Shown: positions 28,757-38,307 of the stretch, one piece after another
How the letters are laid out: each line of letters begins with the position of its first letter
Position numbering within the stretch: the first letter of the stretch is position 1
Virus record (IMG/VR): IMGVR_UViG_3300021957_000009
Coordinates: 37,047-101,046 of that record
From: a virus
Strand: one strand, 5' to 3'
DNA: 64,000 nt
Position numbers and translations under genes: made by a program
Notes under the pieces: model-generated
Seen by the model: the letters and a program-made list of their open reading frames with translations, nothing else
The model's database searches: none
Told to the model about the DNA's origin: nothing

Positions 28757-29089
28757 TTAAATTCCTGTCCATCTTACTGTAGCTTTGTTGTAACCTTCAA
28801 GGACATTTCCTCTTGCAAAGTTAGTAGCTGGAGCGTTATATCCAGCAGCCATTAGCATATCACCAATCTTAAACTTCTCATTAGTTTTGTTATCGATGGC
28901 TTTAGGTGATTTTTTGACGATGAAACCGACTACGCTTGAACGACCGTCCTCCTGTTGTCTAAGCAACTTAATATAGTTTCTTCCTTCTTCAAAGACATAC
29001 ATATCAGTTTTAGTGTGCTCATACTTAGCATGCAATTGGTCTTGCATGATAGTTAAAAGTTCTTGGGTTTTTTCAATTAGTTCGTTCAT
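28757..29089 (-). CDS. Hypothetical early protein
   Basis: GRNYIKL..GDMLMAAGYNAPA..ARGNV motif. Confidence 0.75.
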   Translation of the reverse strand: MNELIEKTQELLTIMQDQLHAKYEHTKTDMYVFEEGRNYIKLLRQQEDGRSSVVGFIVKKSPKAIDNKTNEKFKIGDMLMAAGYNAPATNFARGNVLEGYNKATVRWTGI

Positions 29090-29120
29090 ATTCGCTTTCC
29101 TCATCATTTAATATAGGTAT

Positions 29121-29149
29121 ATTATACACCACTTTTATGGCTTTGTACA
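29121..29149 (-). promoter_or_regulatory. Early promoter TGTACA-N17-TATAAT
   Basis: Exact motif with long A-tracts. Confidence 0.8.
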
Positions 29150-29217
29150 CCTTTTTTTGAAAAAAAATGTACTTTTTTTATATCTATTTGTTATATGTAA
29201 TATGGTAACTATAACTA

Positions 29218-29877
29218 CTATATTACATCATCTAAGGGAAATATTTGATATATCGCTTCTGCGCAAGCTTTAGCAATTTCTTGATGTTCTTTCTGAGTGC
29301 CATTTGCCGCTCTCAACTGAATGTAATGAATCCAAGATCTTAGTGTTCCGTTGACATACATACGAGACATTGTCAAACCTTCAGGTAGAATTGCTCTAGC
29401 CTGTTCCTTTGCGATGCCGGCATCAATAGCCCATTCATAAGCGTGTTTACAACGCTCGATAATAACTTCTTGATACGATTCCCATATATGATGGATAGGA
29501 TCATCTAGTGAAATATCTACTGAATTTTGACGATTCTTATCATCTTGCATTCTAGCTTCTCTAGTCACAAAGCTTAGATCTTTAGTAGGATCAGCATATC
29601 GCTGACTAAACTCTTGAAACGAAAAAGATCGATGTCTAAGAATTTGTCTAGCGATATCCCGAGTAGTATCGATTTCCATACAGACACTGGCCATCTCTAA
29701 AGGTGACCAGTGCTGGTGTTTAATCAGATACTTGACTAATTTTTCCGCGGTTTCTTCATTATTTTGATTATTTGGATTTGATACACGAGCGCAATATGCG
29801 ACCATCTGTAACAAATCATCTTTCAATTCAACGCCAATTGCTGGCTTACTATACGAAACAACACGTACTTTAAACAT
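29218..29877 (-). CDS. thyX: Flavin-dependent thymidylate synthase
   Basis: HWSPLE, RQILRHRSFSFQEFSQRY, AQ/TQ.EH motifs. Confidence 0.95.
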   Translation of the reverse strand: MFKVRVVSYSKPAIGVELKDDLLQMVAYCARVSNPNNQNNEETAEKLVKYLIKHQHWSPLEMASVCMEIDTTRDIARQILRHRSFSFQEFSQRYADPTKDLSFVTREARMQDDKNRQNSVDISLDDPIHHIWESYQEVIIERCKHAYEWAIDAGIAKEQARAILPEGLTMSRMYVNGTLRSWIHYIQLRAANGTQKEHQEIAKACAEAIYQIFPLDDVI

Positions 29878-29880
29878 TTA

Positions 29881-30045
29881 TTAGTCCTCTTTCTTCACCA
29901 ATGTGTAGATACCATATCCTAAACCGACCCAAGCTAACAACTTAGCTAAGCCTCCAAATAACACCACTGAACCGCAAACTGCGATCAATGCAATACCATC
30001 ATGTGAAGTTCTTTCAACCAATCTAGCTTTTATCCAATCTAACAT
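29881..30045 (-). CDS. Small membrane protein (54 aa, MLDWIKARLVERTSHDG...), not in ORF track
   Basis: Manual translation; AGGAG RBS; two hydrophobic segments. Confidence 0.7.
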   Translation of the reverse strand: MLDWIKARLVERTSHDGIALIAVCGSVVLFGGLAKLLAWVGLGYGIYTLVKKED

Positions 30046-30054
30046 ATATTTCTC

Positions 30055-31443
30055 CTATACTTTAAATTCCGCAAACGTGTCTTTATTTTCTCTATCCCCC
30101 CACGTTGCGATGGGTTTATCGGGGATACTCATATCTGACATAATATCAGATTGAGCGGATTCTTCTACATCGTACAATTTCATTCTTGCACGATCGATTC
30201 CGACTACAAATCTTTTAAATTTAGTCGGATCATTATATCTGTTTTTGAGTTGCTTTACCATTACCTGATTCAACTCGTCCAATTCTTCAGTCGCTATTAA
30301 TGCAAACATCAAATCGGCTGTTGCTGGTAAACCGAAAGATTCTGATGTATCTTCAAGACCTACATCCGTATTACTAAAGCCGGAACGTGTAGTTTGAGTT
30401 GCTGTCATTATTGGCAGATTAAACTCAATTGCTAGACCGCGTAACTCTTCAGCAATAGCTTTAATGTAAGTATAACTATTTATACTACCACCCATAGCTT
30501 TCATACGAGATGACGAACATATGTTTAGGTAGTCTATGTATATAATATCTGGAGCAAACTTCTTTTTAAGCTTTAATTCATTCAATAAAGCTCTAAAGTG
30601 ACCAGAATGTGCAGCACCAGTAGGATATTCTTTAATCAACAATTTACCAATTGTGCCCTTTGCAATTTTCTGAATCTTTTCAGAGAATACATCTTTGGGC
30701 AATGATTCTAGTTGTTGAATAGGTAGATCCATAAGATTAGCATCAATACGTTCGGCAATTCTTTCTTCAGCCATTTCCATAGTAATGTATAAAACGTTTT
30801 TACCTTGTTGTAAAACTGAAGCAGCATTATGACACATGAACAAAGATTTACCTACACCAGTACCAGCAAGACAAACGTTTAGCGTCTTGTTCGGAATACC
30901 GCCTTTAGTAATTTTGTTAAAGTAATCTAGATCCCACGGTATACGTTCTTCTGTTTTATTATAGAAATCAAAACGAGCCGACGAATCATCAATATAATCA
31001 TGGCCAATAGCTTGATCAAATGATACACCAAGAGCAGTTGAAAGTATTTCAGGTATAGCACCTTCAGATTTTTCAGGATCTTTGCCATCGATGATTCCAA
31101 TAGAATCCATAATAGCAAGATACACAGCTCTATCTTTGCACCACTTTTCTGTTTCATTGATGAGATAATCTGTATCTAAATCAGTTTTATTAGCAATCTC
31201 GTTGATTAACATAGATGACTGATTTAATATATCTTCTGGTGCTGACACTTTTTGTAGCTCAATATCTAAAACCCTACCTGTTGGCAGTTTGTTATGAGAT
31301 GCTACAAATCCTACAATAAGATCGAATACTACTTTATGCGTACCCTCAAAATATTCTTTTTGAAGATATGGTATTACGCGTCTGCAGTATTCTTCGTTAT
31401 TGAGTAGATGACTCAGTACGTGTGTCGGTATTTCGTTTTTCAA
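30055..31443 (-). CDS. 41: DnaB-like replicative helicase gp41 (probable TTG start)
   Basis: AGTGVGKS, ITMEMAEE, YIDYLNI, TATQTTR, SESFGLP, QLKNRY. Confidence 0.95.
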   Translation of the reverse strand: MKNEIPTHVLSHLLNNEEYCRRVIPYLQKEYFEGTHKVVFDLIVGFVASHNKLPTGRVLDIELQKVSAPEDILNQSSMLINEIANKTDLDTDYLINETEKWCKDRAVYLAIMDSIGIIDGKDPEKSEGAIPEILSTALGVSFDQAIGHDYIDDSSARFDFYNKTEERIPWDLDYFNKITKGGIPNKTLNVCLAGTGVGKSLFMCHNAASVLQQGKNVLYITMEMAEERIAERIDANLMDLPIQQLESLPKDVFSEKIQKIAKGTIGKLLIKEYPTGAAHSGHFRALLNELKLKKKFAPDIIYIDYLNICSSSRMKAMGGSINSYTYIKAIAEELRGLAIEFNLPIMTATQTTRSGFSNTDVGLEDTSESFGLPATADLMFALIATEELDELNQVMVKQLKNRYNDPTKFKRFVVGIDRARMKLYDVEESAQSDIMSDMSIPDKPIATWGDRENKDTFAEFKV

Positions 31444-31714
31444 GATTTGTCGTTCCTTGTTCAATAATATGTGTTAATAAATCTCCGAGATAATTGTTAA
31501 AGTTCTCGTCGTTTCTCAATGTGTCGTGATCAAAATCACCTGGATCATTTATGTTATACGTAAATGATAATGTTGCAATATCAATTTCCGCTGATTCTTT
31601 AATAGATACAGTGCCGTAAATAAATCTCACACCATCATACGGCGAATTGTCGTTTAGATGAATTGCATAGAAATCTGATTCCGGATGTTCTACTGTAATA
31701 TAGTGATTATCCAT
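31397..31714 (-). CDS. Hypothetical protein in the gp40 position between uvsX and 41
   Basis: Synteny only. Confidence 0.6.
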   Translation of the reverse strand: MDNHYITVEHPESDFYAIHLNDNSPYDGVRFIYGTVSIKESAEIDIATLSFTYNINDPGDFDHDTLRNDENFNNYLGDLLTHIIEQGTTNLEKRNTDTRTESSTQ

Positions 31715-32762
31715 GCTCTTGCTCGATATCTAATTCAATGTCTAACAGTGGCTTATGACCAATTTGATAATGGCCTTTTAAGAACTCTTTAAAGTTTGTG
31801 CCATCAAATATTGGCTTCCAGAACTCTTCTTGTAAAGTATCTTTTTCTCTTACTTTAGGCTGAACCAATTCTCCGGTTTCCATATCAACTCTGCAATACC
31901 AACCTACATTTGGTTTTTGAACATAACCACCGGCTAATGCCACATCTAGTAATCCTGAATATGGAGCAATACCACCTTCCCAAGTTACTGTAATAGGAAT
32001 TTTAGATTTCTCTTTTACAAACCTTGATTTCTCAACGTTGATTACAAAGTTATAGCCTTTGACTTCCATTCCTTGCTTCTGTTGCTGTCTTCCTAAAATC
32101 CAGATGTTATCCGCAGAGTAATAAATACCTGTTCCGCCAGATACAATCGCTTTAGGGAATAAACCAATTTCTTGATATGTGTGATTAACAGCAAGTAAAG
32201 GAATATTCTTCATAGCCAGATAAGGAGTGACCATTCTGAATAGACCTTTAAGTGCTTTGGCTCTTGACATATCAGCAACTGATTTTTCATTTAGTGCGTC
32301 TTCTAATTCTTTCTTAGAAGCTAGGTTACCGATAGAATCGATTACAACAATAACTTTGTCGTTACGTTCAATGTTTTCTAGTTGACCTACTAAATCAAAT
32401 TTTAGTTGCTCTACGTCTGTAATCGGCGTGTGCAATACTCTATCAGTATTAATACCAAACGACTCGAAATATGATTGCGGTGAACCAAACTCTGAATCAT
32501 AAAATAGTAACACTGCATCTTCGTGTTCCTTTAAATATGCACCTGCCATTAATAAGGCAAATGATGTTTTAAAGTGTTTAGAAGGACCGGCTAAAACGGT
32601 TAAACCAGGACTTAATCCACCATCTGGATCTCCCGATAAAGCTACGTTTATCATTGGTACTTCTGTTGGTGTCATTTCTTTATCGCTAAAGAACACCGAT
32701 TTCGAAAGAACTGCTGAAGATTTAATCTTAGAGTTCTTTTTTAGTTTGTCCATTACTGACAT
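31707..32762 (-). CDS. uvsX: RecA-like recombinase UvsX
   Basis: AGPSKHFKT, FYDSEFG, DSIGNLAS, SGGTG. Confidence 0.95.
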   Translation of the reverse strand: MSVMDKLKKNSKIKSSAVLSKSVFFSDKEMTPTEVPMINVALSGDPDGGLSPGLTVLAGPSKHFKTSFALLMAGAYLKEHEDAVLLFYDSEFGSPQSYFESFGINTDRVLHTPITDVEQLKFDLVGQLENIERNDKVIVVIDSIGNLASKKELEDALNEKSVADMSRAKALKGLFRMVTPYLAMKNIPLLAVNHTYQEIGLFPKAIVSGGTGIYYSADNIWILGRQQQKQGMEVKGYNFVINVEKSRFVKEKSKIPITVTWEGGIAPYSGLLDVALAGGYVQKPNVGWYCRVDMETGELVQPKVREKDTLQEEFWKPIFDGTNFKEFLKGHYQIGHKPLLDIELDIEQEHG

Positions 32763-33040
32763 TATCTCTTTCTCCTACCGAATTGTGTTTGCTCTTGAGA
32801 CCTTAGTTGTCTCTTATGGCGCGCGATTGCTTCGGCCTTTTTGCGCTTACGTTTTGCTGTAGGTTTCTCATAGAATTCTTTAGCACGAACATCTTGTAAG
32901 ATACCCGCAGCTTCTACAGCCTTTTTGAATTTTCTTAATGCTACGTCAAAAGGCATATCTTGAGGCGGACGATTATCTCGGTTACCTTTCCGATTTTTGT
33001 TGAACTTTCTCGGTTGAGCTTTTAAATTTATACTTGGCAT
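32762..33040 (-). CDS. rpsU: Ribosomal protein bS21 homolog
   Basis: [29 protein letters not shown] matches E. coli-type S21. Confidence 0.9.
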   Translation of the reverse strand: MPSINLKAQPRKFNKNRKGNRDNRPPQDMPFDVALRKFKKAVEAAGILQDVRAKEFYEKPTAKRKRKKAEAIARHKRQLRSQEQTQFGRRKR

Positions 33041-33068
33041 ATTTCCTCTTTTATTAATTAATGTGTAT

Positions 33069-33097
33069 ATTATAACATGAAATCAGTCAATTGTACA
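33069..33097 (-). promoter_or_regulatory. Early promoter TGTACA-N17-TATAAT (rpsU-uvsX-41)
   Basis: Exact motif inside the 3' end of the upstream gene. Confidence 0.75.
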
Positions 33098-34023
33098 CAG
33101 TTAATTCCCCAATTTTTGCGTCTATATGACTCAGGAGATAAGTGTACCGATGATGTGCTTTCCATATGGTCCTTTGCGTATGCTTCACTATTCATTGTGA
33201 GCCACTCTTCAGGATATTCAACCCTCTTCATACCAAGTTCATCCATGTTGGAAATCCATTGGTTTAAAGCGTTGATTCTTTCTTCGCGAGAACCCCAAAA
33301 TGGTTTATCTTTATAGTAACCAGTTTTTGGTAGTTTTCTCTCTTCGAATTCTATTGGCCATGGTGTTGAGTATTCTACTTTTATTCCTTTACGTTCTAAC
33401 TCGTCACCGTATTTTTTCCATTCTTTTAGCATAGGCATACTATCTGCATTCAATCTACAAATGTGATGTCTAATATCTATATTGCCAAATGACATTGTAA
33501 TTCCTTTCGGCATACATTCTAATATATGTTTAGTAACATATTCAAAGTCAGTTTTTATTTGCCCGTTAAGTGTTAGCCCATCAGTTTTTATCACCATTGA
33601 ACTGTCCTTAGAATATGCAGCAGTATGGGAATCGCCAATCGTCAACCAATGTAAATCTGCTATATCTGTAGATTTTAACGTTCTTGCAGTTGCGCACTTT
33701 TCCGATACTTTATCACACCAGTCTTTATCTAATACATCTTTACGTTTCTTGAGCATTGCGCCATAATCTGGCATATCGATATCTAGTGAATATACAAGCC
33801 TTGCTTCTAAGAAATTATTTATTCTTTTTTCGAGATCTTCAGTAAACCCACCAAATAAATTTAGTGATCCACCGAAATTGACACCGTGATCTAAATACAG
33901 AACGTCAACAACATCCGCTTCGTGATTAATACCTACATCTAGGTTTTCAGACCAAGTTCTGGCCCAACCGTATCCATGGCTATTTTTCTTTTTAGGTATT
34001 TTATTAAAAGTTCCTGTAATCAT
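33070..34023 (-). CDS. Putative DNA-modification protein: BGT-like N-domain plus SGNH-like C-domain
   Basis: DVLYL..SLNLFGG and VYSLDIDMP resemble T4 beta-glucosyltransferase N-domain; IGDSH, GNID, SSVHL resemble SGNH blocks. Confidence 0.5.
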   Translation of the reverse strand: MITGTFNKIPKKKNSHGYGWARTWSENLDVGINHEADVVDVLYLDHGVNFGGSLNLFGGFTEDLEKRINNFLEARLVYSLDIDMPDYGAMLKKRKDVLDKDWCDKVSEKCATARTLKSTDIADLHWLTIGDSHTAAYSKDSSMVIKTDGLTLNGQIKTDFEYVTKHILECMPKGITMSFGNIDIRHHICRLNADSMPMLKEWKKYGDELERKGIKVEYSTPWPIEFEERKLPKTGYYKDKPFWGSREERINALNQWISNMDELGMKRVEYPEEWLTMNSEAYAKDHMESTSSVHLSPESYRRKNWGINCVQLTDFML

Positions 34024-34895
34024 AAATTCTTATCCCAATCTCTGTAACTATCAACTGTCTCGTATAGTGTTTCATCTGTTAATGTAGGCTCTGGTCCTAC
34101 ATTCCAGAATAATATATTTCTTCCCGTATTCTTCGGTATAAACTTCCATACTTTACCGTCATACGTGTCAATACAAGGAAATGGTGGAAGGTTTTCTGTT
34201 TTCTCAGAAGCAGTAAACGCCTTTGGCTCACTTATAACTTCTGCTCTACCCAGTTCTCCAGCTTTCATATTTCTCGATACTGCAACAGATGTAAACTTGG
34301 CATTAGGCCATGCTATTTGTAAAGCTCTCGTAAGAACTCCAGTTGATGTGGCCACATATACTTCGTCTGGCTCTCGAATTGCACTCGCAACTTTAACCAT
34401 ACCAGCAGTAACCATTTCATGTTTTAAACCTAGTGGTACAAAATAGTAACCAAGTTTTCTTGAATCTTCTAACGCTATTTTATTTAGGTTTGGCATTGCT
34501 GCTATTCTATGGAAGCTTACGTCAGCTCCTTGCTCTATACAACACGCTTGATGATGTGAAATCTTTTTACTAGATGGCATATACAATCTAACTTTTTTGT
34601 TATGTCTTTTAGCAGCATCTAAAATACTCACACCGGCTAAACCAGTTCGTGGTTGAACATACGCAATAGTATCTTCTTTAATTGTACTAATAAGACAATC
34701 GCCGCCTCTAGTTTTAGTACCGACAATCATATCATCTCGTATTACTCTAACACCTTCGTGCAATACTTCTACTGGAGATGGATTTGGATCTTCCCAATTC
34801 TTAGCCAAATCGAGGTAATATTCTTTTGCTTCATCAGGTTGCATTAACCCGATATCTTTATTAAATCCGTCTTCTATGTGTTTATTATGAGGCAT
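34020..34895 (-). CDS. Fold-type II PLP-dependent enzyme
   Basis: VIRDD..GTKTRG (PLP lysine), VATSTG, YDGKVW, LFWNVG. Confidence 0.8.
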   Translation of the reverse strand: MPHNKHIEDGFNKDIGLMQPDEAKEYYLDLAKNWEDPNPSPVEVLHEGVRVIRDDMIVGTKTRGGDCLISTIKEDTIAYVQPRTGLAGVSILDAAKRHNKKVRLYMPSSKKISHHQACCIEQGADVSFHRIAAMPNLNKIALEDSRKLGYYFVPLGLKHEMVTAGMVKVASAIREPDEVYVATSTGVLTRALQIAWPNAKFTSVAVSRNMKAGELGRAEVISEPKAFTASEKTENLPPFPCIDTYDGKVWKFIPKNTGRNILFWNVGPEPTLTDETLYETVDSYRDWDKNL

Positions 34896-36060
34896 TTCTT
34901 ATATTCTTATCCATAGCTGAGTGTAGTATCATTGCTTTGTAATCATCTACTGTTAAATTGTTACTGTCTAAAATTTTAAGATCAGACGGATGTGAAGTCA
35001 TTCCATTGAATGTTTCTACTAAACCAAGTTCTAGCATCGCTTTTTGTCTTCCACGTGGATGATCTTTAATATCGCTGCTAGACCATAAATTATCGTAATC
35101 TAAATGCGCATAATCATTACCAGGTCTTACGTAATTCTCAACCCATCTGATATAATCACAACATACATCTTCAGCATTATACGGAACACTACCCGTATCA
35201 TTATAAATTTCTAACATAACTTCATCTAGAAAATCTTGTTTTTTAAGTTTGTTGTCATTTTTTGCCAAGTAAGAAATACATTCTACAGCATTTGTACCAT
35301 AGTAAAACATGCTTTCTTTGTTGACATAGTGTGGAAACCAATCGGCAATGTCTGCAACAACTGCCGCATACTGAAACTTATATTGTCTTAATCCGTTCTT
35401 TACATTCCAACTTAACATAAATTCACCGACTTCTCTTAAGTCTTTTTTACCGGGAATTGCTAAGAAGTGTGATAGTTCTTTTGCTAAACGTGGAGCATAT
35501 TCACATAAGAAATAGTCTCCGCCTTTTTTGTAATCTGATGTAGGTTTTGGAAATGCTGGAAACTGGTATCCGATAGAAGTGTAAAATGGCTTTCCTAATT
35601 TACCTTCGGCCTTAATTATCTTCTTCATATCATCTATGCCTTCTGCTAGATGAAGTTTAAATAGTAATGTGTTGTGATATCCGGATGGTTTAGTTCCATA
35701 GTTAATAGCAGAACCTGTAACTCTATGCAGAATAAAAAGATATAACCAAGTTTCAAGTGAATGCGACTTACCAGTCCAGTTTTTAGCAACTAGTTCTCTT
35801 TGAGCAGTCGCTTCTCCAGCTTGCATTCTATCCCAATAAGGATGTTTATCAGTCCATCCGTAAAAGATGTCGTTAATAATCTGGGAAAACCCGGCGTACT
35901 TACGTTCAACTACATCGTATAGTTCTACGTTTTCCATTAGATCGTCATTCATATTGCTTTCAAGGTGCGGCATAAAGTTTGGCACATTGCATTTGATCTG
36001 CTGATCTTTTGCCAGTTTGAAGTACTTTAAAAAGTCATAATAATATTCAGTTTTTATCAT
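34885..36060 (-). CDS. Divergent aGPT-Pplase/amino-acid:DNA-transferase-like protein (HhH-glycosylase-like fold)
   Basis: YDVVERKYAGFSQ, FQYAAVVADI, YYGTNA, NAEDVCCDYIRW parallel the motifs of aGPT-Pplase1 proteins; adjacent to PLP enzyme. Confidence 0.55.
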   Translation of the reverse strand: MIKTEYYYDFLKYFKLAKDQQIKCNVPNFMPHLESNMNDDLMENVELYDVVERKYAGFSQIINDIFYGWTDKHPYWDRMQAGEATAQRELVAKNWTGKSHSLETWLYLFILHRVTGSAINYGTKPSGYHNTLLFKLHLAEGIDDMKKIIKAEGKLGKPFYTSIGYQFPAFPKPTSDYKKGGDYFLCEYAPRLAKELSHFLAIPGKKDLREVGEFMLSWNVKNGLRQYKFQYAAVVADIADWFPHYVNKESMFYYGTNAVECISYLAKNDNKLKKQDFLDEVMLEIYNDTGSVPYNAEDVCCDYIRWVENYVRPGNDYAHLDYDNLWSSSDIKDHPRGRQKAMLELGLVETFNGMTSHPSDLKILDSNNLTVDDYKAMILHSAMDKNIRNAS

Positions 36061-36344
36061 AGTATTGTAAACAAATTCCTCACTAAAAATAATAATCCTA
36101 CACCATTAAGAAGAATAAGTGCACGATCTTTCCATAAAATAGATACCACTAACCATAACAAAATACCCATAATTGATAGAATCACATCGTATGTTTGATA
36201 TCCCTCAATTCCCCTAATAGACATGGCGCATAACACAAACACAGAAGCAACCCACTTAATATACCAATCTATCGTATATTTAGGAGTTGCGCTCTTAAAA
36301 ATCCTTTTACTTTTCTCTAGCTCTTCTTTACTAAAGTCCGGCAT
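36057..36344 (-). CDS. Small three-TM membrane protein
   Basis: WYIKWVAS and WKDRALILLN motifs, hydrophobic. Confidence 0.7.
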   Translation of the reverse strand: MPDFSKEELEKSKRIFKSATPKYTIDWYIKWVASVFVLCAMSIRGIEGYQTYDVILSIMGILLWLVVSILWKDRALILLNGVGLLFLVRNLFTIL

Positions 36345-36345
36345 C

Positions 36346-36555
36346 TTATTCGTGTTCAATTGGATCAAGTGATTTACGGTCGTACTTAGACTCGTCTTTA
36401 TGAGGCTTTGTACTAGCATGATCTGGCGTAATCTTACGGGTTTTTATATCAAGTTTTTTGCCAAAGATTTTGTCATAATTATCGCCATATGATTTGTCAT
36501 CTTGGTTTGTTCTGCGGCCGGAACCTTTTCCTCCGTGCCAGTTACTTTTTTTCAT
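36346..36555 (-). CDS. Small basic hypothetical protein
   Basis: GGKGSGRR..Y.DNYDKIF and HKDESKYDRK motifs. Confidence 0.7.
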   Translation of the reverse strand: MKKSNWHGGKGSGRRTNQDDKSYGDNYDKIFGKKLDIKTRKITPDHASTKPHKDESKYDRKSLDPIEHE

Positions 36556-36564
36556 CGTTCTTTC

Positions 36565-36786
36565 CTAAAATAGTTCTAGTTGATCGGGTTCATTAAATAT
36601 CTTATTTTTCTGAGCCTTTCTAAAAAACAGATTTCCATTTTCAGTTTGTGTTAATACAAAAACATCGCCAACTTTGAATGGAGTCTTATCTATCTTTAAT
36701 AGACAGTCTGGCTCCAATAATGTGTCAGTGTCGACAAAAGTTAAACCCGCATCGGTCATTTCAAATTTGTAATCTATATAAAGCAT
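36565..36786 (-). CDS. Hypothetical protein
   Basis: ORF with AAGGA RBS; QLELF clamp-binding-like C-terminus. Confidence 0.65.
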   Translation of the reverse strand: MLYIDYKFEMTDAGLTFVDTDTLLEPDCLLKIDKTPFKVGDVFVLTQTENGNLFFRKAQKNKIFNEPDQLELF

Positions 36787-36803
36787 TTTAATGTTCCTTT
36801 TTT

Positions 36804-36880
36804 TGGCGCACCCTCCAGGATTCGAACCTGGGACCCACAGCTTAGAAGGCTGTTGCTCTATCCAGCTGAGCTAAGGGCGC
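36804..36880 (-). tRNA. tRNA-Arg(TCT) with encoded CCA
   Basis: GCGCCCTTAGCTCAGCTGGATAGAGCAACAGCCTTCTAAGCTGTGGGTCCCAGGTTCGAATCCTGGAGGGTGCGCCA cloverleaf. Confidence 0.97.
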
Positions 36881-36885
36881 AATTC

Positions 36886-37194
36886 TTATTGAGCTGGATC
36901 CTGTTGTTTCTTCCAGTCGTCAAAAGCTTTCCAGCTAGTATCAGCCGTAAGCGCATCGTGTTCTTTAAATTGTTCGGTTTTGATCATCTCTTCAAAGATG
37001 CTCCAAACTTTTTCCATTCGTAATTCAAATATATATTTTAATCCAAGCATTTGATTTTGTAATGTATCACAATCTTTAGGATTTAAAATTAAGTTATCTG
37101 TATTATGATATACGAGATCTAGATCTTCAGATGTTGCCCATGCATTCATGATCGCTTGCTCTAAGTCAAACCTGTCTTTTTTAAATGAAGTCAT
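36886..37194 (-). CDS. Hypothetical protein
   Basis: DRFDLEQAIM..W motif; GAGG RBS. Confidence 0.7.
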   Translation of the reverse strand: MTSFKKDRFDLEQAIMNAWATSEDLDLVYHNTDNLILNPKDCDTLQNQMLGLKYIFELRMEKVWSIFEEMIKTEQFKEHDALTADTSWKAFDDWKKQQDPAQ

Positions 37195-37642
37195 ATATTA
37201 CTTCAGCCTCTTCAAACATTTTTTTAGTTAATTGTGTAGATTCCACCCATCGTTCTGGCATAGAATCATCTATTTCTGTAGTTACTACTCTTTTGATACC
37301 GACTTGAATAATGCCCTTTGCGCATTCTGAACAAACTGGTAATCCGTGAATGTACATAGTAGCTCCGTCAAGTGATGTACCATTATACGTAGCATTATAT
37401 ATACAGTTCATTTCGGCATGAACTACATGTTGATACTTAACAACTTTGTTTTCATACATCGATTCTTGATCGTCGATTCCTCTAGGAAATCCGTTATAAC
37501 CTTGAGCTAGAACTTGTCCTTTTTCTCCAACAGCCACCGCACCAATCTTTCGTGACGGATCTTTTGACCATGTAGAAATATGTTCGGCTAAAGCTAAATA
37601 GCGTTTATCCCATTTATAAATTTTTGCAGTGTCCCAATTCAT
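37181..37642 (-). CDS. cd: dCMP deaminase
   Basis: GYNGFPRG, HAE, PVCSEC zinc motifs. Confidence 0.93.
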   Translation of the reverse strand: MNWDTAKIYKWDKRYLALAEHISTWSKDPSRKIGAVAVGEKGQVLAQGYNGFPRGIDDQESMYENKVVKYQHVVHAEMNCIYNATYNGTSLDGATMYIHGLPVCSECAKGIIQVGIKRVVTTEIDDSMPERWVESTQLTKKMFEEAEVIYDFI

Positions 37643-38307
37643 TACTTTACCAAATCAAAGTGACGTTCGTAAACGTGTAAATTTTGTACTTGCCAATAGA
37701 TCTCACCGTCGTTGACGCCTAAGTCATCTGCAAGTGAACATAATACATATTCTTGCCATGCGTAATCATTACGGTAACCAAAGATCACATCGTTAGATCG
37801 CATTTGAACTACACAATGCAATGCACCATCCCGAATATAGTATGTTACAGCATTTGTACAAATAAAATCATTTTTGCCTTGATCATTGTATTCTACCCAT
37901 ATCGAAGGACGTTGATAAATCATTGACGCTCTACGAGAATCTGGGTTACTAGTTAATTCAATTAGAACTTGGTCGTACTGAGCATGGTACTTTTCATTAA
38001 AAATAAGGTAACCATAATTAGAATTAATTTCACCATGATCATTGCCAGTCATTTTCCAGGCTGCAGGTGGACTTTTAGAATCAAAGTCGGTTCCATAAAT
38101 GTCATTAATGTTTGTAGACTGAGAATCATACCACGCAAGTTCAGCGTCAATATATTCTTGATTTGGAGTGCCAAATATAGCAGGCTCACTAGCATGAAAT
38201 GATGCACCAAGCAATTCAATAGTCTTACTACCGTTGCGGTCGATAACAAAGTTCTCTTCTGCAAGTTCCTGTTTGAAGTGCTCTCTAATTGCGTTTAAAT
38301 AAATCAT
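37642..38307 (-). CDS. 42: dCMP hydroxymethylase-like (gp42, thymidylate synthase fold)
   Basis: INSNYG, DFICTN, MRSNDVIFGYRNDYAWQ (Asp at cytosine-specificity position), LHVYERHF. Confidence 0.85.
   Translation of the reverse strand: MIYLNAIREHFKQELAEENFVIDRNGSKTIELLGASFHASEPAIFGTPNQEYIDAELAWYDSQSTNINDIYGTDFDSKSPPAAWKMTGNDHGEINSNYGYLIFNEKYHAQYDQVLIELTSNPDSRRASMIYQRPSIWVEYNDQGKNDFICTNAVTYYIRDGALHCVVQMRSNDVIFGYRNDYAWQEYVLCSLADDLGVNDGEIYWQVQNLHVYERHFDLVK

Noticed and set aside
37642-38307. Ordinary ThyA or dUMP hydroxymethylase
   Set aside because: RND motif and overall match are to T4 gp42, and ThyX is present separately; a dCMP hydroxylase variant is not excluded
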